DNA of 64,000 bases. Origin: Candidatus Helarchaeota archaeon. Its GTDB lineage: Archaea > Asgardarchaeota > Lokiarchaeia > Helarchaeales > RDOG01. Under the pieces are notes generated by a model. The model was given only the letters and a program-made list of their open reading frames with translations, searched no databases and was not told the DNA's origin. The translations under genes were made by a program, and so were the position numbers. The stretch lies in the NCBI GenBank assembly GCA_019058315.1, contig JAHPZH010000002.1, positions 1,325,910-1,389,909 on the forward strand, written 5' to 3'. How positions within the stretch are numbered: the first letter of the stretch is position 1; every line of letters begins with the position of its first letter. Shown here in pieces: positions 26,046 through 35,874 of the stretch.

Positions 26046-26579
26046 ATGAGAAATAGAACTCGTGTTCTTTGCTTTATTCCATTAATTCTTTTAATTAGTT
26101 TTGGAGTTTGGAATTATTATTATGGTTGGCGTCCTCCAGAATTTTCTCCTGACTTATTTCATACTGTAAGTCCAGACTTAATAACTATAAAAAAGCCTGG
26201 ATCGTATGAAATTTTTCACAATCTAATTATCAATGGTCGTATTATTTTTATGGAGTTTATAGAAGGGAAGGTACAATTATATCTTCAAGGAATAATTCCT
26301 TTAAGAGTAAATTGCTGTTTTCCACAAGCTCTTGAATATAGAATTGGAGATGACGTTTATCTCAAAGGTTGGTCATATTTTTATTTCAATACTAGTTTGG
26401 GTTTAAATTCAGACATATTGGATGGCTATTTCTTAGCGATTGAAGGACATAGGCTTATTTCTTATAAAGTTCCAATTTCATTTATCGGTTTAGCTTTAGT
26501 TTTGTTAGTCTTATTCACATTATTCAAAATGAAACGAGATCTTAGCTTTGAAAGGAGAGGAGGTGGAAACATTGCCTGA
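26046..26579 (+). CDS. Membrane-anchored hypothetical protein (N- and C-terminal TM, possible OB-fold)
   Basis: Two hydrophobic termini flanking a beta-rich segment (YRIGDDVYLKG). Confidence 0.6.
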   Translation: MRNRTRVLCFIPLILLISFGVWNYYYGWRPPEFSPDLFHTVSPDLITIKKPGSYEIFHNLIINGRIIFMEFIEGKVQLYLQGIIPLRVNCCFPQALEYRIGDDVYLKGWSYFYFNTSLGLNSDILDGYFLAIEGHRLISYKVPISFIGLALVLLVLFTLFKMKRDLSFERRGGGNIA

Positions 26580-27150
26580 TTGGTTGACTCATATTGGTGT
26601 TGCATATTTAATCATTTGGTTAATAAGTAAAATTGATAAATACGATTCAAAATGCAGAGCATATTATATTTTCTTTTTTATCGGAAGTGTAATGCCAGAT
26701 CTCGAACGGATTTTAGCCTTAACAGCGGAATTATTTCAGAATTACCAACTGAAAGAGTTTTTTATAGTCGTGTTTACTACGAGTTTTCATACAATTTTAG
26801 GAGTTATTTGTGTTTCACTAGCTATGACCTCTTTTTTCCCCAATGAAAACCATAAATTGGTTTATTTATCATTTTTATTAGGTGGATTATTACATTTATT
26901 ACTAGATGGTATGATGTGGCCTTGGTCTGGTATGGGTTTGTTCTTATTCTTTCCCTTTTTAACAGGTCCAAGAGGTGCTTTTTCGTTTCATTTAGCCTGG
27001 CCTGAAAGTCTGGTTCCCTTAATTATTACATCTATTGCGGTGGGGCTGACATTAATTATTGATTTAATTCAAAAAAAATCATTAATTTCTTTAACTCCTA
27101 TTAAAAATCTATTTCAAAATAATAAAATGCTTAAAAAATCAGCGGAATGA
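26572..27150 (+). CDS. Membrane-bound metal-dependent hydrolase (YdjM-like)
   Basis: PDWLTH, GSVMPDLE, FHT and LHLLLD motifs. TTG at 26572 follows GGAGGTG. Confidence 0.85.
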   Translation: MPDWLTHIGVAYLIIWLISKIDKYDSKCRAYYIFFFIGSVMPDLERILALTAELFQNYQLKEFFIVVFTTSFHTILGVICVSLAMTSFFPNENHKLVYLSFLLGGLLHLLLDGMMWPWSGMGLFLFFPFLTGPRGAFSFHLAWPESLVPLIITSIAVGLTLIIDLIQKKSLISLTPIKNLFQNNKMLKKSAE

Positions 27151-27154
27151 CAAA

Positions 27155-27781
27155 ATGAAAAAATCTCCTTCAAAGTTAGCGGAAGAATTCTATGATAAAA
27201 TTGTAAATCTTCATCATGAAGAATTTAATTATGATTTAATTCAGTATAAAAAATGGTTAGATTTGCTAATATCTATGATGAATAAGGGAAGTAAAATCCT
27301 TGATCTAGGTTGCGGAAATGGTAGGGCAGTAAAATATTTTATTGATAGAGGATATAAGGGAGTGGGTATTGATCTATCTGATGAAATGTTGAAACTAGCT
27401 AGAGCAAATGTGAAAAATGGAGAATTTTATAAGAAAGATTTTACAAAACTCGATTTTGGAAATGAATCCTTTGATTCAATTATCTCATTTTTCGCATTAA
27501 ATCATATCGAGAAAGCAACATTTAAACAAATAATGGCAGAATGCAAAAGAATATTAAAAAAAGATGGTTTTCTACTGCTTGGCATGGTTAGAGGTTCATC
27601 TGAAGGATATTGGGTCGGATTTTATGGACAGAATATGCAACTTTATGGTGCGGGTTATACAAAAAAAGAGCTCTCTGACATATTAAACTCAGAGGGTTAT
27701 AAAATTCTCAAATCTGAGATAGAACATTTTAAGGGGAAATATTTTGAAGAGGATCAAATCTTTCTTTTAGGAAAAAAATAA
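27155..27781 (+). CDS. Class I SAM-dependent methyltransferase
   Basis: ILDLGCGNG, GIDLS, FDSIIS and RILKKDG. Confidence 0.92.
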   Translation: MKKSPSKLAEEFYDKIVNLHHEEFNYDLIQYKKWLDLLISMMNKGSKILDLGCGNGRAVKYFIDRGYKGVGIDLSDEMLKLARANVKNGEFYKKDFTKLDFGNESFDSIISFFALNHIEKATFKQIMAECKRILKKDGFLLLGMVRGSSEGYWVGFYGQNMQLYGAGYTKKELSDILNSEGYKILKSEIEHFKGKYFEEDQIFLLGKK

Positions 27782-27802
27782 AAAGAATCTAAAAAATTAG
27801 AG

Positions 27803-28864
27803 CTATGGTAGGCTCATATCCGAATTATCTTCATCATCTTTTACTATTTCTAATTCAATATCTTCAGGAACATCTTCCTTTTTTTCAGGTTCCTTCTTTT
27901 CAATTGATTCAGTGATCTTTTTAGGTTCTGGCTTTTTTAATTTCTCTTTTGCTATTAATTCCATCACTTCTTTCTTTGCATTTTCTTCTGCATCAATATA
28001 TTTTTGTAGAGCCTCCATTTTTTGTGTATACTCAATTTTTCTGATGGAATATAATTTATTTATAGTTGGAAATTTTTGTAATTTATCTGTTGTTTCAATA
28101 GATTTCTCACAATTTTTAATGGCTTGTTTAAAATCATTTTTCCTGATAGCTTTTTCAATTCTATCAACATAATTACGTAAATCGTTTTCTAACTTCGGCA
28201 CAGTCTTTAATTCTGCAGCTTTACCTTTAAATTGACTCGATAGATCTGTTTCCCCTATTTCATCAAGCAATGCTGCAGCTTTTTCATAATTTTCTGCAGC
28301 CACTACATGGTTTTTCTCATCTAATAATTTTTCAGCAGCAATTAATATTGATGATAATTTACCTGGTATTTCCCCTGCTTTAGCTAATAATTTCTGTGCT
28401 GCTGCAAATTCACCCTTATCTAATAAAATTTTTGCTTTATTACTAATCTTTTCTTTAATTTTTTCTTCTGAGTAAACAAATTTCCTAGCGGATATCATTT
28501 CATCATAAGTAGTTTTTACGAGATCCCCAAGATAAGGATTGTTTAATTCACCTCTGATATCCTTTTCTACTTTTCTTAAAAAAGGGAAGAATTCTTTGCT
28601 TGATTCCTCAGGGTTCAAAATTAACAATATCATTACTCTTCGGAGGACATCCTTCTCTTTAAATTGAAAAAAATGAGATGCGATATTAGTTCCCTCTAAT
28701 TGAAATGAAATATCTGTTTCTGGAGGAACCTTTCCTGAATGAATCATAAAAGTTTGCATAGATAGGTCAGATAGTGAAGATTTAAAATCGAAATCTGGAT
28801 ATTTTGTTTTAACAATTGGTCCTTTTAGTTGATCCCAATCAACTATAAAAATTCCTAAAGGCAT
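27803..28864 (-). CDS. Longin/uDENN-like domain plus TPR/helical region and acidic tail
   Basis: MPLGIFIVDWDQLKGPIVKTKYP N-terminus and TPR-like AAENYEKAA. ATG at 28864 lies 1 nt after the GTPase stop. Confidence 0.6.
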   Translation of the reverse strand: MPLGIFIVDWDQLKGPIVKTKYPDFDFKSSLSDLSMQTFMIHSGKVPPETDISFQLEGTNIASHFFQFKEKDVLRRVMILLILNPEESSKEFFPFLRKVEKDIRGELNNPYLGDLVKTTYDEMISARKFVYSEEKIKEKISNKAKILLDKGEFAAAQKLLAKAGEIPGKLSSILIAAEKLLDEKNHVVAAENYEKAAALLDEIGETDLSSQFKGKAAELKTVPKLENDLRNYVDRIEKAIRKNDFKQAIKNCEKSIETTDKLQKFPTINKLYSIRKIEYTQKMEALQKYIDAEENAKKEVMELIAKEKLKKPEPKKITESIEKKEPEKKEDVPEDIELEIVKDDEDNSDMSLP

Positions 28865-28865
28865 T

Positions 28866-29417
28866 TTACCCACCCACCTTATTTAATATTTTTCGTGCCA
28901 TTTTTTCAAAAATCTTATTAATATTTTCTCCAGTTTTTGCTGAAGTTTCTTCAAAATCTATGTTCATGTCTTTTGCAAGTTTTTCTCCATCTTTTCTTGA
29001 GATTTCTCTTTGATCTTGTAAATCTATTTTATTTCCGATTAAAAATCCTGTAAATTCTTTTTCTTTTTTAAATGAATTAGACTTTTTCAAATCTTTAAAC
29101 CATTTTGCAGTCTTGTTAAATGAATCTTCGCTTGTTATATCATAAACTAAAAAAAATCCAATAGCTCCTTCAAAGAATATCTTTCTTACTTTCATGAACT
29201 TCGACTGTCCAGCTATATCCCATATGTAAAGATCAACAGTCTTCCCAATATCACCAGAGTCATCGGCAAAAGCCAGCTCCTTCTTACTAACCTGACAACC
29301 AACTGTAGGAATATATAATTCTCGGAATTTCTTTTCCGTATAATTCAACATAAGGGTAGTTTTGCCTACAGCTGGTTCTCCAACCACGACTATCTTCCAC
29401 TTGTAATCAACAGACAT
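28866..29417 (-). CDS. Rab-like small GTPase (Ras superfamily)
   Basis: G1 GEPAVGKT, G2 PTVG, G3 WDIAGQ, G4 NKID, G5 ETSAK. No C-terminal Cys. Confidence 0.95.
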   Translation of the reverse strand: MSVDYKWKIVVVGEPAVGKTTLMLNYTEKKFRELYIPTVGCQVSKKELAFADDSGDIGKTVDLYIWDIAGQSKFMKVRKIFFEGAIGFFLVYDITSEDSFNKTAKWFKDLKKSNSFKKEKEFTGFLIGNKIDLQDQREISRKDGEKLAKDMNIDFEETSAKTGENINKIFEKMARKILNKVGG

Positions 29418-29515
29418 AGATTTTCGCTTTTTTGAAAACTTACATTTCTGTTAAAGTATTATAAAATAGAATATATAATGAGACATAAATTTATCTTTTT
29501 CTTAATTTTTTCATT

Positions 29516-29785
29516 CTATTTGATCTTTTTTTTATCTATCGGATTAAGATTGATTTTTATTGTTTTATTTCTAGATTTTAAGCCTTGGATAATCTTTATT
29601 TGGTTTTGCTGTACCTTAAAATGATCAGCAATTAACTTGATTAATTCTTTATTAGCTTTTCCCCTTTCAGGTCTTGATTTTACCCATATTTCGAACAATT
29701 TATCAGAAATTTCTTGAATTTTTTGTTGTTTTGAATTGGGTTTTACTTTTACCTCTATTATTTTTTCCATTTTTAATGTCTCCAT
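29516..29785 (-). CDS. DUF167/YggU family protein
   Basis: VKVKPNS, PERGKANKELI and GLKSRNK. Confidence 0.9.
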   Translation of the reverse strand: METLKMEKIIEVKVKPNSKQQKIQEISDKLFEIWVKSRPERGKANKELIKLIADHFKVQQNQIKIIQGLKSRNKTIKINLNPIDKKKIK

Positions 29786-29807
29786 CGAAATTGAATTATA
29801 ATATTAC

Positions 29808-31157
29808 TTATTCTTTCTCAACTCTTCTTTTTAATTCCTCTTGAATTCTTTCAATATTTGGAATAATTGATTTCCTCATAGAGAGTAAGAAGAGAAAAGC
29901 GGATGGAAAACAGATTAACATAAAAAGAAAATAAGTTCCAGAATAATTTAATGGTGTGTAAAGAGCAAGTATTGTAAATATCGGTATAAATATGGCAGTT
30001 GCAGCGGTATTAGCTAATAACATTATGGAGTTTGTTGTTGCCCTTACTTCTGGAAAATTAACATCTGCCACAATAACACCGGTATTGGGGTGTGTGCCAA
30101 TGATAAAAAAGGAGCCAGTTGCTAATACAATTGCAAAAATATAAAATAATATAACACCTGCTGGATAATTAAATGTAAATGGTATTAAAAATGCAGGAAT
30201 TATAAAACACATACCTATTCCTAATATTTTTATCATCACTTTCAATCGCCCATCTTTTGTTTCACGAAATTTTCTATCTGCCACATTTCCCCAATATATT
30301 TGACCCACTAATTGGATTCCAAATATTGAAAACATCATTAATGTTGCTAGTCCTGTTTGAACTCCATGTTGAACATTTAGAAATAAAATAAAGAGTTTTC
30401 CAAGAGTAGAATTAACAATAATTAGTAGAAAGTAAAAAGAAAATAATTTTAGATTTATTGGCCTTCTAAAAAAATCTAATGTACCATCTAGAGTAAGGGT
30501 ATAATCATAAGTTTCTCCTCGCTTACGCAATTCTTCTAATCCTTCATCTTGTGCACCTCTTTCTGGTTCCTTTAACGTTAATGTTAATCCACAATAAAAA
30601 AGACCTGCGAAAAAGTCAAATAAATATGGAAATTCTAATGGGAAATTACTTCCATATATTAAAGAGGGAATTATTCCTGATACGGTCATTCCTAATCCTA
30701 TAGCAGCAGTACCAGCAATACCCATCCATCCCATGACACCTCCTCTATCTTTAGAAGGAACAAAATCTACTAATAGAGTAAAAACTGCTGGACCCAAAGC
30801 AGTATTTATAACGACTGCTAGAAATCTCATTAGTCCAAATAGCCAAAATTCAGTCCGTAAAGAAATTGTGAAGACTGTAAGGAGACTAACTATCGATCCA
30901 GATAATATCATTAAAAAAATTAAACGGACTCTATTAACTTTATCTGCAATAGCTCCCCATAAAGGTAAAAAAACAGCTCCCGCAATCGCCATTATAGAAA
31001 TTAAAAACGCTATTGAGAGTTGATTGACCCCAAAAACTTCTCCCATTTTTAATAATAATGGAGCATCGAATCCTGCATCTGTAGTCATTATTACGCTTAG
31101 AAAAATGAAATATAATAAATGATGCAAGGTAAAGATAGGTTTTTTTGAGTTTTCCAT
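29808..31157 (-). CDS. MFS transporter
   Basis: About 12 TM helices; motif-A-like WGAIADKVNR and WGNVADR. Confidence 0.9.
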   Translation of the reverse strand: MENSKKPIFTLHHLLYFIFLSVIMTTDAGFDAPLLLKMGEVFGVNQLSIAFLISIMAIAGAVFLPLWGAIADKVNRVRLIFLMILSGSIVSLLTVFTISLRTEFWLFGLMRFLAVVINTALGPAVFTLLVDFVPSKDRGGVMGWMGIAGTAAIGLGMTVSGIIPSLIYGSNFPLEFPYLFDFFAGLFYCGLTLTLKEPERGAQDEGLEELRKRGETYDYTLTLDGTLDFFRRPINLKLFSFYFLLIIVNSTLGKLFILFLNVQHGVQTGLATLMMFSIFGIQLVGQIYWGNVADRKFRETKDGRLKVMIKILGIGMCFIIPAFLIPFTFNYPAGVILFYIFAIVLATGSFFIIGTHPNTGVIVADVNFPEVRATTNSIMLLANTAATAIFIPIFTILALYTPLNYSGTYFLFMLICFPSAFLFLLSMRKSIIPNIERIQEELKRRVEKE

Positions 31158-31289
31158 CTAAATCAGAATTTATTTTAAATCTATAATAATTTGTAATGCA
31201 AAATTGATATAATTAATATTAATCGTATATTTAATAACAACTTAAAATTGAAATTATTCAAATAACCAGATTTCTGTAGGTTATCTTTT

Positions 31290-31832
31290 ATGACGAAAGA
31301 TAAAAAAGACTATAAGAAATTACTTAAAGCAGCCTTTGATGATAAAGTAAATCATGTAGTTTATTTATTAAAATTTCTGGATTCAAAAGGGGGTCCAGAT
31401 TTAATTAGAGAATATTATGCTGAAGCCATTCCAAATTTTGTTAAAAAATATTCTGCACCTGGAGAGACAATTAAAAAACTCTATAAATTTTGGCTTAGAA
31501 GAAATCCTGTTGATAATTTAAAAAAAGTAATTGACTCAATTCGGGAGGGCAGCGAATTTTATCTACCTCTTGAAAATTTTAGAATTTCGCAGGAAGATGA
31601 GGGAAATGAACTAGTCTCAGATATCAAATGCAAATATCTAAAAAATATCACAAAACAAGCAAAAAAATTTCAGTGTAATTTCGATACACGAGAATATTAC
31701 TGTAAAAACGCTTGTATTCCATTACTTAACATATTATATTCCGAACTTTTTTTAGATTTGAGAGTAGAATTAACTAAAAAAGGATGTATACAAAAAGTTA
31801 GAATAAATTTGGAATTACTAAATAAAGAATAG
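31290..31832 (+). CDS. Hypothetical protein with ATC-hydrolase/V4R-like Cys pattern
   Basis: KCKY...YCKNAC...GCIQKVRI. Confidence 0.5.
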   Translation: MTKDKKDYKKLLKAAFDDKVNHVVYLLKFLDSKGGPDLIREYYAEAIPNFVKKYSAPGETIKKLYKFWLRRNPVDNLKKVIDSIREGSEFYLPLENFRISQEDEGNELVSDIKCKYLKNITKQAKKFQCNFDTREYYCKNACIPLLNILYSELFLDLRVELTKKGCIQKVRINLELLNKE

Positions 31833-31904
31833 AATAATATAAGATATAAAAATTTGTCAATAATAAGGTTAAATTAATTTAAAAAAGAAAAAAGAGATTT
31901 AAAA

Positions 31905-33029
31905 TTAATCTACGTATTGGTTGACTTTTCTAATCTGATTTTCAGCTTCATCCATTATCTTTTTAATAACTTCTGCAACGGTAGGTAAACTATAGACTCC
32001 ACAGACGGTCTGTCCACAAAGAACTGCTCCGTCCTCAACATTTCCTTCGTATACTAAGTCATATGCTCTCAAATCTTTCTCAAAATCTTCTGATCTCTGT
32101 GCTATACTGCCGCCCATCTGCTTCTCCATAGCGATTCGTTCTTCTTTGGACATTGTAAGTTTGTGACCCATAGCGTATTTATTTCTTAATAACCTAATAG
32201 GTCCAAATGCTCCATCACACATCATTGTGTCGGCATCTTTAGCTTTTACCAAAGCATCCTTAAAATTCTGATGAAAGTCGCCATCGCTAGTTGAAATGAA
32301 TCTCGTACCCATTTGAACGGCGTCTGCCCCTAAGGCTAACGCACTTGCCAATGTCTTCCCATCCATCATTCCACCACCGGCTACAATTGGTAAATCCGGA
32401 AATTCGTCTCTTGTTTCCGGGATCAGAACTGAAGTGCACACACCCTCATACGATTGATGTCCACCACCTTCATATCCAACCGCAACTACGCCATCACATC
32501 CTGCTTTGACCGTATGTTGAACTAGGCCAAGAGAAGGACTGACATGAAAATGTAATAGGTCAGGCTTACCATCTTTATAATATTTCTCTCTATTAATTAT
32601 TTTATTAGGAGGAGCTGGGTTTCCTGCAGAAGTTACAATTAATCTTAAGCTTTCCTTCAATTTTTTACTTTTTTCACGTGCTTTAATGACAGTTCTTATT
32701 ATTTGAGGTGCATCTACCTGAATCCTTGCAACACGAATATTACAACCGATTATAGCTCCATCGTTAAGGTTTTCCTCAATATAATTTAAGTCGTGTTCCA
32801 TTTTAGCTTTAGGGGATACAACTTCTCCATGTTCTCTATCAATAAGGTGAGTCTTTGGGTTCACGGGAGTAAGGATACCCCAATGACTCGTGAGACCTAC
32901 TCCACCGTTATTTGAAACTAAAACAGCAGTTCTATAAGTAGAAAATGGTCCCATACCTGCTAATACTATTGGATGTCGACAACCTAATAGTTCAGTAAAT
33001 TTTGTTTTGATAACCAATTTATTCACCAT
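31905..33029 (-). CDS. Nitronate monooxygenase / FabK-like FMN oxidoreductase, paralog 1
   Basis: PIVLAGM, TSAGNP, GYEGGGH, VAGGG and GADAVQMGTRF. Confidence 0.9.
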   Translation of the reverse strand: MVNKLVIKTKFTELLGCRHPIVLAGMGPFSTYRTAVLVSNNGGVGLTSHWGILTPVNPKTHLIDREHGEVVSPKAKMEHDLNYIEENLNDGAIIGCNIRVARIQVDAPQIIRTVIKAREKSKKLKESLRLIVTSAGNPAPPNKIINREKYYKDGKPDLLHFHVSPSLGLVQHTVKAGCDGVVAVGYEGGGHQSYEGVCTSVLIPETRDEFPDLPIVAGGGMMDGKTLASALALGADAVQMGTRFISTSDGDFHQNFKDALVKAKDADTMMCDGAFGPIRLLRNKYAMGHKLTMSKEERIAMEKQMGGSIAQRSEDFEKDLRAYDLVYEGNVEDGAVLCGQTVCGVYSLPTVAEVIKKIMDEAENQIRKVNQYVD

Positions 33030-33091
33030 TTTGCTTATATCTAAAAACTTCTTCTTTTAACTTTAATAGAAAAAGAAATTTGTTTATGTTC

Positions 33092-33120
33092 CGTTACGTA
33101 GTAAATTATAAAAATTTAAT
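33092..33120 (-). promoter_or_regulatory. Putative TATA-box promoter motif of the 31905-33029 gene
   Basis: Minus strand ATTAAATTTTTATAATT-N6-GTAACG, duplicated upstream of the paralog. Confidence 0.55.
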
Positions 33121-33179
33121 CATCCATTTCGCAAGATTGAAAAAAAGTAGTAAAAAAATAGATGCGAGGGGTTAAATGG

Positions 33180-34289
33180 TTAATCTACATATGTATTTAT
33201 GAGTTTAATCCTTGCTTCAGCTTGTTTCATCATTTTATCCATCAATTCTTTTACGGTAGGTAGGTCACGAATGCCGCAAATAGTCTGTCCACACAAAACA
33301 GCACCATACTCCATATCTCCCTCATATGTTAGTTCATATGCCCTTCCATCTTTTAATAACTGTTGCGATAAATCTTGATCTATGCCATAAGCTTTTTCCT
33401 GTTTAACCTTTTCTTCTTTTGACATAATTGATCTGTGTGATAAAGCATATTTGTTCCTTAATATGCGAATTGGACCAAATCCACCTTGGCAAATCATAGT
33501 ATCAGCATCTTGTCCTTTAACAAGTGCATTTTTAAAATTAATGTGAAAGTCGCCATCAATTGTAGCTATAAATCGAGATCCCATTTGAATACCGTCAGCT
33601 CCCAAAGCCAATGCGCTAGCTAAGGTGTTTCCATCAAAGAAACCGCCTCCAGCGACAATAGGTTTATCAGGAAAGGCATCTCGCGTCTCAGGAATTAATA
33701 CTGATGTACAAATTTCTTCATAAGATTGATGTCCACCACCTTCAATACCCACAGCAACAACTCCATCACACCCTGCTTTTATCGTGTTTTTAACCAATGC
33801 AAGAGAGGGGCTGACATGAAAATGGTAAAGGTCAGGTTTTCCATCTTTGTAGTATTTTGGGTTTTTAATTATTTTATTAGGTGGTACAGGGTTTCCTGCA
33901 GATGTAACTACAATCTTAACACATTCTTTAAGCTTTTTACTTCTCTCACGCTCTTTAACAATTGTTCTTACTACTCTCGGAGCATCTACTGACATCCTAG
34001 CAACACGCACATTACAACCAGCAATAGCACCATCATTTAAGTTTTCCTCAAAGTATTTAAGATCGTATTTCATTTTTTTAACACTTGAGATTGTGACGCC
34101 GTTTTCTCTATCGATTAAAAATCCTTTGTCCGGATTAACCGGTGAAATTACACCCCAATGAGAGGTCAGACCGACTCCTCCGGCATTCGAAACTAATGTA
34201 GCAGTTTTATAGGTTGTAAAAGGTCCCATACCTGCCAGCATTATAGGTCTTTCACATCCCAATAGTTCAGTAAATCTAGTTTTAATCAT
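33180..34289 (-). CDS. Nitronate monooxygenase / FabK-like FMN oxidoreductase, paralog 2
   Basis: Same motifs as paralog 1; full-length tandem paralog. Confidence 0.9.
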   Translation of the reverse strand: MIKTRFTELLGCERPIMLAGMGPFTTYKTATLVSNAGGVGLTSHWGVISPVNPDKGFLIDRENGVTISSVKKMKYDLKYFEENLNDGAIAGCNVRVARMSVDAPRVVRTIVKERERSKKLKECVKIVVTSAGNPVPPNKIIKNPKYYKDGKPDLYHFHVSPSLALVKNTIKAGCDGVVAVGIEGGGHQSYEEICTSVLIPETRDAFPDKPIVAGGGFFDGNTLASALALGADGIQMGSRFIATIDGDFHINFKNALVKGQDADTMICQGGFGPIRILRNKYALSHRSIMSKEEKVKQEKAYGIDQDLSQQLLKDGRAYELTYEGDMEYGAVLCGQTICGIRDLPTVKELMDKMMKQAEARIKLINTYVD

Positions 34290-34386
34290 ATATATCCCAT
34301 TTCCTATTTTTCATCTTTAAATTATCGTTTTTTAAATATTAAAGCTCCCTTTTTTTCCGTTTAAGGAAAAAAAATTGATTATTTCT

Positions 34387-34416
34387 CGTTACATTAGACA
34401 ATTATAAAAATTTAAT
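34387..34416 (-). promoter_or_regulatory. Putative TATA-box promoter motif of the 33180-34289 gene
   Basis: Minus strand ATTAAATTTTTATAATT-N7-GTAACG; the 17-mer is identical to 33104-33120. Confidence 0.55.
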
Positions 34417-34540
34417 TAGTAATATTTGTTAGATTTTTAAGTTAAGAAATACATATGAAGTTGTTAAATTTAGCAAATTTTTTAACTTTTTTTAGTATAA
34501 TTAGGTTTAATAGGGCAAATTTAAAAATTGAGGTATTAAA

Positions 34541-35827
34541 ATGGACTATAGCCAAATCCAAGAAATTTTAGAAGGTAAATGTACAGATAAAGAAGTTAAT
34601 ATTCGAGGATGGGTCTGGAGAGCCAGATCTTCTAAAAAAATCTGTTTTATCATTATAAGGGACTCAACTGGTAGGATCCAAGTTACATTTGAGAAGGAAA
34701 TTAACCCTGAATTATTTGAATTGGCAAAAAGTGTTACAATCGAATCATCTATTGAAATTAAAGGAGTTGTAAGAGAGGATAAAAGAAGCCCAGGTGGCTA
34801 TGAAATTCATGGAAACGATTTAAAACTAATATCTCTCGCCCAAGTTTTCCCGATAACTAAAGATCAAAGTGTAACTTTTTTAATGGATAAAAGACATTTA
34901 TGGGTTCGTAGTAGGAATATTGCTGCAATTTTAAAAATAAGAGCAGAAGTATATAAGGCATTTAGGGACTGGTTTGATAATAATAATTATATTGAAGTCC
35001 ACGGACCAATGTTTACAGGGTCCGCTGTAGAAGGTGGCAGCACTCTTTTTGATCTAAAATATTTTGATAAAAAAGCCTATTTAACTCAATCATCTCAATT
35101 TTATTTAGAAGCAATGATTTTTACGTTTGAAAAGGTTTGGACTGTAGCACCATCTTTTAGAGCAGAAAAGTCCCGTACAACTAGACATTTAACGGAATTT
35201 TGGATGTTAGAAGCCGAAAAAGCCTATTCGGATCTGGAAGATATTATGAAAGTTGAGGAAGAATTAGTAGGGTATGTATGCAAAAGAGTTGCTGAAAGAA
35301 AAGAAGAATTAAAGGATTTAAATGTTAAGCCCAATACTATTGCTAAAATTGTTCCTCCGTTTGAAAGAATTAGCTATGATAAAGCAATTGAAATTCTACA
35401 AGGAGATGGTGTTAAAGCTGAATGGGGAGAGGATCTTGGCACAGAAGAAGAAAGAATTCTAACATTAAAATATGATAAACCAATTTTTGTTTATGATTAT
35501 CCCAAAAAAGCTAAAGCGTTTTATCATTATCCTGATCCTCAAAATCCAGAAAAAGTAAAATGTGCAGATTTATTAGCACCAGGTGGATATGGCGAAATCA
35601 TAGGTGGGGGTCAAAGAATTGATGATGAAGAAATTTTACTTCAAAGAATAGAAGAAGAGCAATTGCCAGGAGATTATGAATGGTATATCGATTTGCGAAG
35701 ATATGGCTCAGTTCCACATTCTGGGTTTGGACTTGGTGTAGAACGAGTTATTAGATGGCTATTAAAATTAGACAATATTAGAGATACAATTCCCTTTCCA
35801 AGAACTATTAATAGAATTTATCCTTAA
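34541..35827 (+). CDS. asnS: Asparagine--tRNA ligase
   Basis: OB-fold RGWV...RDSTG, RHLWVRS, VEGGSTLF, YLTQSSQFYLE, FRAEKSRTTRHLTEFW, GEIIGGGQR and GFGLGVER. Confidence 0.93.
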   Translation: MDYSQIQEILEGKCTDKEVNIRGWVWRARSSKKICFIIIRDSTGRIQVTFEKEINPELFELAKSVTIESSIEIKGVVREDKRSPGGYEIHGNDLKLISLAQVFPITKDQSVTFLMDKRHLWVRSRNIAAILKIRAEVYKAFRDWFDNNNYIEVHGPMFTGSAVEGGSTLFDLKYFDKKAYLTQSSQFYLEAMIFTFEKVWTVAPSFRAEKSRTTRHLTEFWMLEAEKAYSDLEDIMKVEEELVGYVCKRVAERKEELKDLNVKPNTIAKIVPPFERISYDKAIEILQGDGVKAEWGEDLGTEEERILTLKYDKPIFVYDYPKKAKAFYHYPDPQNPEKVKCADLLAPGGYGEIIGGGQRIDDEEILLQRIEEEQLPGDYEWYIDLRRYGSVPHSGFGLGVERVIRWLLKLDNIRDTIPFPRTINRIYP

Positions 35828-35874
35828 TATAAAAATAAGGAAAAAATGAAAGGTTAAAAAAATTATTCATCTAT

